From the NCBI GenBank assembly GCA_043228905.1, contig JBHGNT010000022.1:1736001-1800000 (forward strand): a stretch of DNA of 64,000 bases. Direction: 5' to 3'. How positions within the stretch are numbered: the first letter of the stretch is position 1; each line of letters starts with the position of its first letter. The notes under the pieces are model-generated. The model had not been told where the DNA came from, made no database searches, and worked only from the letters and a program-made list of their open reading frames with translations. A program made the translations under genes and the position numbers. Shown in pieces: positions 12,801 through 24,015 of the stretch. This DNA comes from Azolla caroliniana. Lineage: Eukaryota; Plantae; Polypodiophyta.

Positions 12801-15193
12801 GAACGCAGACAAATCGTTCGAAGTTCGGACGTTGTGTTCAACGAGTCGGCTATGAATCCATCAGTCGAAAAACCGATCGAAGTCCGAAGGGTAACATTCT
12901 CCGATGTGCCGACCCTTCAAGAAGGCCCCGCTCTCAACACACGGTCAGCTTCACGGGTAGCTGAACCTTATACTACCGACTCGGACAACTCTGACTCGGC
13001 ACAGCCGAATGTTTCGGTTTCGGACCATCCGACCTCGATACCCGATGCGACCAGTCCAATCATACCTCGACGATCCGAGAGACTGTCGCAACCTCCGGAG
13101 AGGTATTCTCCTGGAATTTTCTTCACCGACGCCGGCGAACCGACGTCTTACGAAGAAGCATCGACATCTGTCGATTCGGCCACCTGGCATCTGGCGATGG
13201 AGTCGGAAATGCACTCCATCCGGGCAAACAAGACTTGGGATCTGGTCGAATTACCTAGGAACCGACGTGCTCTTCCTTGCAAGTGGGTTTATCGACTAAA
13301 AGAGACGTCTGATTCGACCACCCCAAAGTACAAGGCCAGATTAGTTGCGAAGGGCTTCCGACAAGAATATGGCGTCGACTTCGACGAGATTTTTTCACCA
13401 GTGGTGAAAATGACAACCCTTCGTTTTCTGCTCGGCGTCGTGGCAGCCGACAACTTGGAGCTGATTCAGCTAGATGTCAAAACAGCCTTCCTCCATGGTG
13501 ATCTCGAGGAGGAAATTTATATGGAGCAGCCAAAAGGCTTCGTGGCAACTGGCCAAGAACATCTAGTCTGCCGACTCAGGAAGAGTCTATACGGCCTCAA
13601 ACAGGCACCGCGACAATGGTACAAGAAGTTCGACGACTTCATCCAATCGATCGGCTTCTCCAAAAGCGATGAGGACCATTGTCTCTTCACCAATACAGCT
13701 CAAGATGGATCACCCATCTTCCTCATCATTTACGTGGACGACATGCTAATTTCTGGACGCCACGCGGGCGAACTTGCCGATCTCGTTCGGCAACTGCGGT
13801 TGAAGTTTGCCATGAAGGACCTCGGTCCGGCACGACACATCCTTGGCATGAAGATTAGTCGGCATCGCGATAAACGACATCTTTTTTTGTCTCAGACCGA
13901 CTATATCGGACGTGTCTTGGAACGCTTCAACATGCAATCAGCCAAATCTGCTTCAACCCCACTCCCTATGAATCTTCGGCTCTCTCAGCGAGACTGCCCG
14001 ACATCCGGTTCGGAGGGGGAAGATATGAAGTCGGTACCGTATGCACCGGCAGTCGGCTCCCTTATGTACCTGATGGTCGCGACACGGCCTGACATCTCTC
14101 ATGCCGTAGGAGTCGTTAGCAGATTTATGCACAATCCTGGCCGATCGCATTGGAACGCAGTCAAGCATGTGTTCAGATATCTGGCTGGCACAAAAGATCA
14201 CGGCATTCTTTTCGGTCCGAACCGAACCTCAGGCGTAGTCGGTTACACCGACTCGGACTTCGCCGGCTGTATAGACAGTCGGAAATCAACAACCGGATAC
14301 TGCTTCAAATTCGGCAATGGAGCAATCTCGTGGAAGTCGAAACTTCAGGAGTGCACAGCGACCTCAACGACCGAAGCAGAATATGTAGCTGCGTCCGACG
14401 CAGCAAAAGAAGCTTTGTGGCTCGGTCGGCTGGCGCACACGTTTCGACAAGTCGAACATGACTCGGCTCCAGTTGTCTACAGCGACAGTCAAGGTGCTGT
14501 TGCCTTGTCGAAAAATCCGGTTCACCACAACGCCTCCAAACATATCGATGTTCGATATCACTTCGTTCGGGACTGCGTCATTTCAGGGAAAATCGGTCTA
14601 GAGAAAATATCCACAACCGACAATGTCGCAGATGGAATGACCAAGTGTCTTTTGGCAGACCGTTTTCGGTCTCTTCGGCATCAGATGGGCGTAACGACAA
14701 ACCAGTCCGGTTAGAGCCGGACACAGAGCAGGATGGTTCCCGACAACCGACATCAGTTCCTTAATGATCGGCTTCAACTGTTCCGACCCGACCAGTTCGG
14801 TCTTCTGCCTTCGGACCCTGCCGACTCGAACAAAGCTGATATGTCCGAGAACCTAAGTCTATACCTGTAACCTTAGATAACCCATGTATACGCCCATTAC
14901 GGGGGAGTGTCGAATACCTGTGTATAATGAACGTATTCACACCATCCCGTTTTGGCCATTTATGTAATTAGCATAAAGGGCAGTTGCCCTAAGTCGGTCA
15001 CTATATATAGTGACCTTGTAACCTCTTTGTGAGGTTGGTTGTTGTATTATTTGCTTTATGAAATAAAGACTCTTTTGTGCCTCTCTCTCTCTCTCTCTCT
15101 CTCTGTGCAACGACCTACATTCTGTCATACGCAGGGAATAAACAGGAATCGAGTGCTTCTTGATCTTCCGCACTGACGACATTGCTTCCAACA
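9826..15193 (+). mobile_element. Intact, very young Ty1/copia LTR retrotransposon (Tnt1/Tork-like)
   Basis: LTRs 9826-10109 and 14908-15193 differ by one substitution and one CT repeat unit. TSD CTTCT; PBS TGGTATCAGAGC (10112-10123, tRNA-iMet); PPT GGGGGAG (14901-14907). Confidence 0.97.
10701..14714 (+). CDS. Copia gag-pol polyprotein, uninterrupted (~1337 aa)
   Basis: Gag, CCHC knuckle CNYCKKPGHIKADC, protease WLLDSGAS, integrase (HSDVCGP, TDNGGEF, ERMNRT), RT ([13 protein letters not shown]) and RNase H (YTDSDFAG, SKHIDVRYH). Confidence 0.97.
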   Translation: MASTSGSSEMSLRKFDGSNFNFWKEQMQDYLIVKGQIDPIENEEPPEGYKPMEWQKLDRIVRATIRMHLSESVYFTVQSCTTAFELWKTLSDTYEKKVAATKMFLIRRLYNLRMKESDSVQAHLNEYESISSQISSQGTAIEDELRAMILMSSLPSSWETFVTTVCNASTTAVKYSEVTSAILTEAARRKSFAKDSTDDAYVVQGSIDRSNIRGRDSSRPPNNQRRRSQSRDNRICNYCKKPGHIKADCRALKNKNNKKSGRHEEINYVSSSADVLPDDPNILSIENPVGSEVLLTTEESSTWLLDSGASFHVTPHRSQFRQYTIRHSDSVRVGNSQHCDIIGIGTVELNLAGGSTLVLHNVRHVPELSRPLISVGQLDEDGIRAGFSSGGWTLHRGNLLLARGPKIHSLYPLHVTLREGNLFLVDIPVSSLWHRRLGHLSKAGITHLSRAGYIPKLSFSDHQFCEHCQYGKQAAGSHPTSAPRETRPLDLVHSDVCGPMPHQSLGGASYFVTFIDDSTRKVWAYPIRTKDRVFSIFSDWLAMVENQTDRKLKCLRTDNGGEFKSEEFVKFCRQRGIRREFTAPHSPEQNGIAERMNRTIQERIVSMLQHSRLSDGFWAEALLTAVHIINMSPSRPLGLQIPQELWIGSKPNYDKLRIFGCEAYALISKDDRRKLAPRSRKCIFLGYGSDGEMGYRLWDPERRQIVRSSDVVFNESAMNPSVEKPIEVRRVTFSDVPTLQEGPALNTRSASRVAEPYTTDSDNSDSAQPNVSVSDHPTSIPDATSPIIPRRSERLSQPPERYSPGIFFTDAGEPTSYEEASTSVDSATWHLAMESEMHSIRANKTWDLVELPRNRRALPCKWVYRLKETSDSTTPKYKARLVAKGFRQEYGVDFDEIFSPVVKMTTLRFLLGVVAADNLELIQLDVKTAFLHGDLEEEIYMEQPKGFVATGQEHLVCRLRKSLYGLKQAPRQWYKKFDDFIQSIGFSKSDEDHCLFTNTAQDGSPIFLIIYVDDMLISGRHAGELADLVRQLRLKFAMKDLGPARHILGMKISRHRDKRHLFLSQTDYIGRVLERFNMQSAKSASTPLPMNLRLSQRDCPTSGSEGEDMKSVPYAPAVGSLMYLMVATRPDISHAVGVVSRFMHNPGRSHWNAVKHVFRYLAGTKDHGILFGPNRTSGVVGYTDSDFAGCIDSRKSTTGYCFKFGNGAISWKSKLQECTATSTTEAEYVAASDAAKEALWLGRLAHTFRQVEHDSAPVVYSDSQGAVALSKNPVHHNASKHIDVRYHFVRDCVISGKIGLEKISTTDNVADGMTKCLLADRFRSLRHQMGVTTNQSG

Positions 15194-15440
15194 CTTCTCG
15201 CAGTCTTCGATGTGCGTCGCCACGAATATCCGGCACCCGTCCAGTCCGATCGTCTCGTCCCTTTCCTCCACCGGGCATCCCTTGATCGGGACGTCATCCA
15301 GAAACGGCATGGTGATGTCCGGGATACAATCCCTCACCACCTTGTTCATTGCGTTCACCATGTGAGCCACCGAGTTCGTCCCTCCTTGTGGTAGGGTACA
15401 CATCCGTACTAGGCCGAGAGGAGTTCACATTGTCGTAATG

Positions 15441-17730
15441 TTTTAGTACTACCAAAATGCCCAGCTGTATATGTGTCATGACAGTTTTGTACTACTCGAA
15501 GGCGGCAAGAACCATTAGGAACATACAAAAGTTCTTTAAAGAAGAGTAATCCATCATGGTATTTGAATTGCCGATAGTCCGTACGTGGTGGTTGCGACTG
15601 TGAACACGACGCTCGAGAGGAATCAATTTGTGCTAGTATAGCTTGGGCGAACGCATCTGTCTTCAAGTCTTCACGTATGGTATCGATAACGCGGGAATCC
15701 ATAGGCATGTCAAAGATCTGTGTTGCTTGTAGTCGTGCCGGGCCCAAGATGTCTTGTTTTTGGTTATCGAAAGTTGGCTCGTCGGGACGGGGTCCTAGAT
15801 ACGAATGTCGTGATAATGCATCTGCCTTCCCTTGGTGCCTCCCCAGACAATATGTAATTTTGAAGTCGAAACGCATGAGGAAGTGGGCCCACCGAGCTTG
15901 ACGTCGATTCAACACACGAGCATCCTGAAAGTAGGCAAGATTCTTGTGGTCACTAAATACGGTGACTGGATGAGAGGATCCCTCCAGAAAATGCCTCCAT
16001 TGCATAAAAGAATCCACTATTGCCAATAGCTCCTTATCATGAATTTCGTAGTTGATTTCGGTGGCATCAAACTTGCGTGAGTGAAAAGCCACAGGATGTA
16101 GCCTCTCATCATTCCCCTGTTGTGACAGAATGCTCCCCAATGCAAAATCCGATGCGTCAGCTTCGATAATGAATGGTTTTTCCGGATCGACATGAGCTAG
16201 AATTGGAGCCGATGTAAATGCCTTTTTAAGACTCTCGAAAGTCATGTCTGTTTCTTCAGACCAGATGAACGGTTGTCCCTTCTTGGTAAGTTGTGTGAGA
16301 GGTAGAACGATCTTTGAGCAATCTTGTATGAACTTCCGGTAAAAATTGGCAAAGCCTAAGAAGCATTGCACATCCCGCACCGAACACAGAGTCTGCCATT
16401 CTACCACCGTTTTGACCTTAGCTGGGTCCATGGAGATGCCTTCTGACGAAATGATGTAGCCGAGAAATTCCACTTGGTTGCACCCGAAACTACATTTTTC
16501 CAGCTTTGCATACAGACCATGTTCTCGAAGTCGTTTTAGTACTAATAGTACATGAGAATCATGTTCTTCTTGGGTCTTTGAATAAACCAGTAGATCATCC
16601 AAATAGATGATCAAACAATCATCCAATAGATCTCGGAATATATCATTAGCCATGTGCTAGAAGACTGCCGGCGCATTAGTGAGGCCGAACGGCATGACCG
16701 TATACTCGAAGTGCCCATATCTGGTGCGAAACGCAGTCTTCCATTCGTCTCCTGGTCGGATCCGTACGAGGTTATATGCTCCCCGTAAGTCGATCTTCGT
16801 GAAGAACCTGGCACCATTGATCCGTTCTAAAAGACTTGAGATAAGGGGAAGAGCATACCTATTCCTGATTGTAACCTTATTCAAGCCACGGTAATCTACA
16901 ACGAGACGAAGCGATCCATCTTTTTTTTTGAAGAAGAAAATGGGCGCGCCGGCTGGAGATTTGGAATGCCGAATGAAACCATTTTCCAAATTCTCCTCTA
17001 TATAGGCCCGAAGGACCTCCAACTCGGTTGGTGACAAATTGTAGATCGGTCCCCATGGCGGCTCTTTTCCCGGTTGTAAATCGATGGGGCAATCGTACGG
17101 TCGATGATGAGGAAGTGTGTTGGCTTGTACTTTATCGAACACATCGGCGTAATGACAATACTTCTCGGGAAGTTGAACGGTGGATTCTTCTTTAGTGGTG
17201 CTGGAAGGGTTTACTGATATTGCAAAGAGGAACATTTCCTCCTTGCACCCTTCTTTACGCAACTGACGTAACGAAATGGTTGCCATCTTCTGAGTTGACC
17301 CTTGGGTTTGTCGACACCGGATTTCTCTTGTTCTCCAATCTATGTCTGGGTTATGTAACTCAAACCACGGTAATCCTAAAACTATAGGATGTTCTGGGAT
17401 ACTAATAATATTAAATGATATTGCACATGCTAAGTTATCTAGGACAATATTAATGGGCTTTGACTCTTCTATGATATTTCCGGAAGCAATGGGACGTCCA
17501 TCAATGACTACTACAGAGGTTGGACACTGGAGTTTTCTTAGGGATATCTTATGAGCTTGAGCAAATTTCTTATCCATAAAGCAAGAGTTAGCTCCGGAAT
17601 CTAAGAGTGCTAGGACATGTACTGGAGGGGTACTTTTAGTACTAACTATTACTTGGGCTACGAACACATCACTAACCTGCTTAGAGGGAATGGAACCACT
17701 AATGGGCTGCACAGATCTAGGGCTGTCCAA
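15441..17730 (-). pseudogene. Chromovirus pol (protease-RT-RNase H), one in-frame stop at ~16655
   Basis: [50 protein letters not shown]. Confidence 0.93.
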
Positions 17731-17756
17731 CCAAACGGCTCCTATTTTTGCTGGAC

Positions 17757-18908
17757 TTAGTCATTTAACTCTTCTTCTAACTGACTAAGGACATCAAATT
17801 TGTTTGCTAGATCTGGGATATTAGTACTATTAGGACTATCAGATATCCCTACTGAAATAGGCTCGGATTTAGTACAATTAGAACTAGCGACTATTTGGTT
17901 TACCTGTCTTCTTGGCCTATGGGGGCAATTTATTGCGATATGTCCTGGTCCACCGCAGTAAAGACATAGTCGATTTGTACGGCGTCGCTGCTTTTCTTCT
18001 TCGGATAATGGCCCTCGACGACGTGTAGTATCAATCTCCATCGGAGTCGGAGTATTCGCTGGAGGCGCATTATATGAATCCCTCGGAAAAGGTCTTGCTA
18101 CCACTGAGGCGTAGGTGGGCTCTGATCTTGCCCTCGGCATCTGTAGCTGTCGTTCCGAACGTCGCTCAAAGAGGCGGTTGTCACATCTCACCGCGCGATT
18201 GATTGCTTCTGTTAAGGACTTTGGCTCTTCGGGGAAGGTCAATAGTAAATCCTTGACATCGTTGCGTAAACCATAACGGAATTGCTGCATCAACGCTTGA
18301 TCATCCCAAGGGATATCGGCGGCGAGTAGGCGAAAATCTGCAGCGTATGCGGAGGCTGGACGGTCACCTTGGCGTAATCGCCGGATTTTGTTGATTGCGG
18401 TCCTGATGCTGTCAGTATCTCCGAAACATGCTTTAAACTCCCCTAGAAACTCTTCAAAATTGTTGAGTAACGGAGATTCCTTTTCTAATAGTGGAGCGAA
18501 CCATGACAACGCTGAGCCACTTAACAAAGTGCCTACTAAACCCACTCGTGATGCATCGGTGGGATATCGGGAAGGATGCATTTGAATAACTAATCGTACC
18601 TGGTTAAGGAACCCTCTAAACTGCGATCGCGTTCCATCGAACTTCGTGGGAAGGCCAATCTTGGGTTCTTTATGAATCCCTTGTGTTCCAGGCCCTTGTT
18701 GTTGCATTGCTACGATGGTTGCTTCGAGTTGTTGCACGCATAACGCAAGTTCCCCATGTTGTTGTTGCGTTTGCTGCTTTTCTAAGGAGATTTGCTGAAG
18801 ATCCCCCAGCAACCGTTGGTTTTCTTGTTCCAAAGCATGGAACTTCTCCTTCAAGCATTGAAATTCCGAGAAAACAGATTGATATTCTTCAGCGCTAACA
18901 GTAGCCAT
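17757..18908 (-). CDS. Chromovirus gag (PEG10/Tf-like capsid plus CCHC), 383 aa
   Basis: Open ORF with [16 protein letters not shown]...YAADF, PMEID and [14 protein letters not shown]. Confidence 0.92.
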   Translation of the reverse strand: MATVSAEEYQSVFSEFQCLKEKFHALEQENQRLLGDLQQISLEKQQTQQQHGELALCVQQLEATIVAMQQQGPGTQGIHKEPKIGLPTKFDGTRSQFRGFLNQVRLVIQMHPSRYPTDASRVGLVGTLLSGSALSWFAPLLEKESPLLNNFEEFLGEFKACFGDTDSIRTAINKIRRLRQGDRPASAYAADFRLLAADIPWDDQALMQQFRYGLRNDVKDLLLTFPEEPKSLTEAINRAVRCDNRLFERRSERQLQMPRARSEPTYASVVARPFPRDSYNAPPANTPTPMEIDTTRRRGPLSEEEKQRRRTNRLCLYCGGPGHIAINCPHRPRRQVNQIVASSNCTKSEPISVGISDSPNSTNIPDLANKFDVLSQLEEELND

Positions 18909-19086
18909 GGGATGAAAGAAAAGAGGAATAAAATATTAGTAGGAAATGAGAGAGACAGAAGGTAGGGAAAATTGGTTCAAACTGTCATGAACAGTACTGA
19001 GACAGAGAAGGAATTAGTACTAAACGAAGGATTAGTACTATGAGAGGTGTGGAATTTCTACGAGAGAAGGAAGAAGTGAGCGAGAC

Positions 19087-19129
<43 letters not shown>

Positions 19130-20643
19130 GTGATGATAAGAAAGATATGTATTATATGAAGAGAATATACAATGGTGGCTAAAAGGCTTAAGACTGGCGT
19201 TGAACCAATTTGGTTCAACATTAATGCCTAGTGCCCTCTTTTATAGTGTTTTCAGGAGTAATGCTGAAGCTTGTAGAATGTTCCAGAGAAATCTGGAATA
19301 TACACTAATTTCCTATAATAAAATGTAAATGAAAATAATATACTACGTATTACAATAGATGATCTAATGGTCAAGAGCTCGACCCATATAACCTGAGGTC
19401 ATGGGTTCGAGTCTTGCCATATCATGACAGTGGTCAGGGATGTATTGGGACATGCACCACTTTGTGACAACATGCGAGAGTTGTCATAGATGCATTCCAG
19501 AATCTATCACAAAGACAAGTTACATCCAACCTTCCTGCGAGCTGTTCACTTCAACTAGACGGTCGACCCTGTGATGATGCCTATGGGGGCAGGACAAATA
19601 AGGTACCTTGTACTTGCGCAGGAAGATCTAACGAACTAGGTCAAAGGTTGAGTGCTGCAGAACAAGACGACCGCAGTTGTGTTGTATGTTGATTCCTAAC
19701 CGAATACGTGATTTGTCGATACGGGTGCGTTGGGAAGATCGTGATTGATTATGGCCGATCGAGGGTAGCTAGACGCGTACGAAGCAAAAGAGCTATTCGA
19801 CCGATTGGGAGTCAAACTTTCCCTTACGATGGCGTACAATCTGGAAGCCGACAGGAAGGTTGAGTGTGGGCATGGTCCAATCGTAAAAGCATTGGTAGGG
19901 CATGAAAAGGTCGGGTAGGAAATTGGCCGAGACTACTGCCTTATGCCTTGTGAGCCGACCGGACCACGCACAGTTCGGTAACTGGATATACGCCGGTAGA
20001 TCTCATTTTCAGATAGAAGCCGGTTATGCCAATAGAATGGATGATCTCCTCATGGTTGGCGATTGATTGGGCCAACGAAATGAGCCGGGAGGAGTTGTTG
20101 GTAGCAAGGATATGCCAACTCGAGCAGAAGCTAGAAGAGGCGCGGAAGAGGAATAAAGGACGTTTTGACCGGACTCACCAGCTTTGGCCAAAGAAAATTG
20201 AGGAAGGTGACTGGGTGCTGGTCTACGATAGCAACCTAGACCACCAACACCGGTCCACCTGGAAGTTTGCGAAATGATTGTTTGGGTCATATGTGGTGAC
20301 GAATGTGAACGACAATGGGACCTACCACTTGGCGGAGCTGAACAGCACAAGGGTTGCGATTTCGGTTCTGGGGAAGCAGGTAAAGCCCTTCAAGAGGCAG
20401 TGCGAGCTGGAACTTGACAAGGGAGCGAATGCCAGAGGCACGGGTGGAGATGATGAGATGGATTTTATGTCCCTACACGTAGAAATAATAATTTAGTACG
20501 AGGAAATCTAGGGAAATCCCTGATAGCAGTGGCTGCCTTTAATCGTGATGTAATGATCTCCCCTTGTCCTATAAAAGGGGAGGTCTGGGGATTGTTTTGG
20601 GGATTGAGTTTTTGGGGAGGAGAAGGTGTTTTCGGTTAGAGCT

Positions 20644-20681
<38 letters not shown>

Positions 20682-21076
20682 CGGTGCTGATTCGGTGACG
20701 GTTCCGGAGGGTCATCTTCTGTGTGTGTGTGTCCTCGGAGCACGCAGCTTTCTCACCGAACGAGTCTGGTTGTACTTCTCATATAATACATTTCCCCCTT
20801 TGTTGTGCCTTTGCATTCTTTGTGTCAAAACTGCTTCTGCTTATTCCTACTTGTTGCTCGTGTGTCCCCTGAGTCATGAGCCTGCGTTCTCATTGTTTAT
20901 TGTGCCCATTTCCTTGCACTCGTTGTCTGGCACCCGGGAACGATCCAAATCGGATACGTAGCAAGCAACCAATGTACCGAAGACCCCCAATGAGCATCCT
21001 ACTTCGGCCGGCTCCTTGGTTCGTTACCCCAGTGGTCCTGCCTCGTTTCAACACACCCGTGCAGATTTTCGCCACA

Positions 21077-22758
21077 ACATTTCATCATAGTCGATGTCGT
21101 GCTGCTCCGCGTAGCCCTTGGCCACTAATTGGGCCTTGTACCAGTTGACAAAGCCGCCGGTGTTGTATTGGATTTTATATACCCACCGACATCCAATCAT
21201 CTTTATACCTTTGGCGGCATCAACGAGGTTCCAAGTCTCATTTTCCGCAAATGCGTGTGCATCTCTTTCTCCATGGAGGCACGTCAATTTGTGTCTTTCG
21301 CCACTTCTACGTAGCTCTCCAGCTCACGGAGTTCTGCCATCTTCACCATATATGCATAGCGATGCGCCATATACTCCTTGTATCCATACCGAACAATAAG
21401 GTTCTTCTGGCAAGTGCATCGCCACAACTTCTGGTTCACCAATTTCATGGCCCTCTTGGCCGCATTAGACCTTAACTCCGAAGGTTCTTCGATGCTCCTA
21501 GCCATGTCAAATTCACTCTGATCCAATGCACCGGACTTTGTGTCGTAATCAGGCATCTTCATCTTCCCTTTCTCCTTGTGCGTAAACCATCTCCTCAGTT
21601 TCTGGCGTGGGAACTACATGGTTGAGACTTCATTGCCTACTGGCTCTTCATCCAGTCGGCCATTTGGGCTCAATTCCCCATTCGGCCTGCTTTGCTAGAA
21701 TGAGATCAGACTCTCTTCTAGAGTGCCAATATCTTTCTCATTTAGCCTCCAAGGCATACATGCACCATTTCTTCCTCCTTGACAGTCACGTTGATGGAGG
21801 CAAGGGAATCACAGATCTCCTTAATCTGGGCTGTGTAATCGGCCACAGACAGATCTTTCTACCGGACATTGTTGAGCTCTTGCTTGACTTGCAGCTTCTT
21901 GGTCGTTGTGCTAGCGGCAAAAAGCCTTTTGAGATTCGCCTACACATCTTTTGACGTCTTGGCATCCTAGATGTAACTGAGTAGTTGATCTCTGATACTC
22001 AACGTGAAGCAGTACAAACCTCTACTTGCCACTTGTTCCCATGCTGCATCATTAGCTCCTTCGACATAGCTCCAAGACACGTGTCCGAGGAGATACTAGT
22101 GCATCTTGTATGACAAAGATGCATAGTTGCTTCTATCGAGCTTCTCTGTCGGAAGGGAGCTGCCCATATCTCTGTCCATGTTCTTATTGTCACAGAAGAA
22201 GGAAAGTCTTTGTGTGGTCTTTGCTTTTTGGTCGGTTGTAGAGGATTCTCAACCCTTGCACTCTAATACCATGTAAAAGGAAATGTGTGGAACCGTATGC
22301 GGAAGACATAGAATACACAATCGATTATTTGGAAGTATATCACTTAGGTAAACACAAAGTAAGGGTGAGAGAGAGAGACAGAGTGAGAGCAGTCAATAGA
22401 CGATTCTATTACAAAATGCTTAGTACAAACAATAGTGCTCAAATGCACTTTATATACACAAGCCCATTTGACAGGGCTATCATTAAGTACTGACATCTAC
22501 TTCATTGGTCTTAAAAGAGCCTCTAACATTAACTGCCTATATTAGGCATATTTACTAGAATAGGTCTAATCGGCACGTGTGACGTTTCAAATCGACTTCC
22601 ACAACCGTTCTATTATCCGGATCCGGTATCTAGTCTGGAACTCAGTCTGGAGGTTAGGCTTTATTAGCCTAAGTGGGCCTAGCCAACTAGATTGATTCCG
22701 GTCTGGCCTACTTGCTTGTCCAACCGGTCTGGCCCATGTTGAGCTTGCTAGCTCAACA
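21077..22758 (-). mobile_element. Internally deleted, degenerate Ty1/copia with 5' LTR (22272-22758)
   Basis: RT fragment YKAQLVAKGY, linker GYKEYMAHRYAYM, gag remnants, PBS-like TGGTATTAGAG (22261-22271), LTR edge GCTCAACA. Confidence 0.8.
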
Positions 22759-24015
22759 AGCCTGAAACGCTCTGTCGTCACAAGACAAACGAACACACAA
22801 GAGCAAGTGATAATAACATGAAAAACACGTAGGTGAAAGCAAACACTACTTGATTATAAAATAATAGATTCTTTTGATAGAATAAGAATTGAGTTACAAT
22901 GGGTTGTTTTCTTATATGAGAGATAATTTATAAATGAAGGGGGAATAGAGGTGGAGTAAAGAACAGAGTGGAGTATAGAAGAGGGAGATTCTTCGTTGAT
23001 GATGCCTCTTGATGTTGTTGATCCTTCTTCTTTTCCTTCCAATTGAGTAGAGCTTCCACCTTCCTTCTCCCTCCCCCCTTCTTCTTAAGAATAAACTCTT
23101 ATTTATAGGGTTTCTATTGCTTGCTTTTTCCACCTAAAAAAATGCTTGTCTATGTGAGTTGGTTTTCCTTTCATCACTATTTTTGTCCTATAACCTCAAA
23201 TTTCTTGTGAGTTGCTCTTTGTGTTAGCTTTCTTATGCATCTTTTCTTTTCTAATTTAGACATCAGACGAGGAAATTATGAGCATTTTTCTCTACCTTGC
23301 CCTCATATCCACGCCTCTTTTTTCCCATCTTTTTTTCTAATTTTCTCTACTTTTGAAAACTACCTCCAGCTTTATATTCCTCATCATTTATTGTACGATT
23401 TAATCCTTTGACCTTTTTTTTTATAAGGAATTCTCTTTGGCAAATGAAAAAGTATTCTTGTTACTAATAAAGTTGACTTCACAATTGAAAAGAGTAAGAT
23501 GTGGAAGCTTGTACACAGACGCAGTCGGCTCAATTGGATTATAGCAACAACTAGGTAAGCATAGAGAATGGAGAATACATAGTACTTGGGAGATACGGAG
23601 AGAGTAGAAAACACAGAAAACTCAAATTCAAAATAATACACTATGTACATATGACTGTGCTCAGTGGCACTTTTATTCAAGCGATGACAACAGGCTGACA
23701 CAAGTACCATTGTCGTGAAGGATTTCATCCATAGTAGGAAAGGGGAGTTGGATACACTTGAACGGGTGTGTGCAAGGATGCACACAAACGAGGCTTATCT
23801 ATATATAAAGAAAAATGTAAATATCGAAATATAATAAGTGCTAGGCTGTATAATTTAGATGGGTACTTTAAGGTCCCACAAAAAGAGAGAATGAAACTTG
23901 TGTAGGGAGGAAAACAAGGGGAAGAATCACTAACAAAATCGGTTGATGTAACACAGACACCGTTAGAGGGATCCATCATTTAGTAGGCGAAAGCTCTATC
24001 CGATTGTAGAGTCGA
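22759..24015. mobile_element. Degraded LTR debris
   Basis: TG-starting segments; 23500-23690 resembles the reverse complement of the copia LTR at 59950. No coding signal. Confidence 0.35.

Larger units (their letters stand above)
9240..15440 (-). mobile_element. About 0.83-kb RT/RNase H fragment of the LPQG/PFLDD gypsy family embedded in the chromovirus pol (9240-9825 plus 15194-15440), itself split by a copia insertion
   Basis: Peptides MCTLPQGGTNSVAHMVNAMNKV...CEK and KVLQRLEGARLTFSG...ETNCLPIL. No LTRs or TSD at its edges. Confidence 0.85.
7569..19429 (-). mobile_element. Full-length chromoviral Ty3/gypsy element (Tcn1-like) with nested insertions
   Basis: LTRs 7569-8000 and 18983-19429 (TG...CA, roughly 2% divergent), TSD GTGGT (7564-7568, 19430-19434), PPT at 8001-8016. 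gag, PR, RT (YLDD), RH, INT and chromodomain are all present. Confidence 0.95.
5883..21076 (+). mobile_element. Degenerate Ty3/gypsy element (RT-RH 5883-7568; INT 19430-20400; partial 3' LTR to 21076), split by the nested chromovirus
   Basis: RT motifs SAPYSNRWFTVPKK, MCTLPQG and PFLDD. The integrase Zn-finger region resumes right after the TSD at 19430. The LTR end GGTCCTGCCTCGTTTCAACA...GCCACA matches the related LTR end at 37827. Confidence 0.8.

Noticed and set aside
19350-19429. Functional tRNA gene
   Set aside because: Acceptor, anticodon and T stems pair poorly; reported only as a tRNA-derived promoter-like module.
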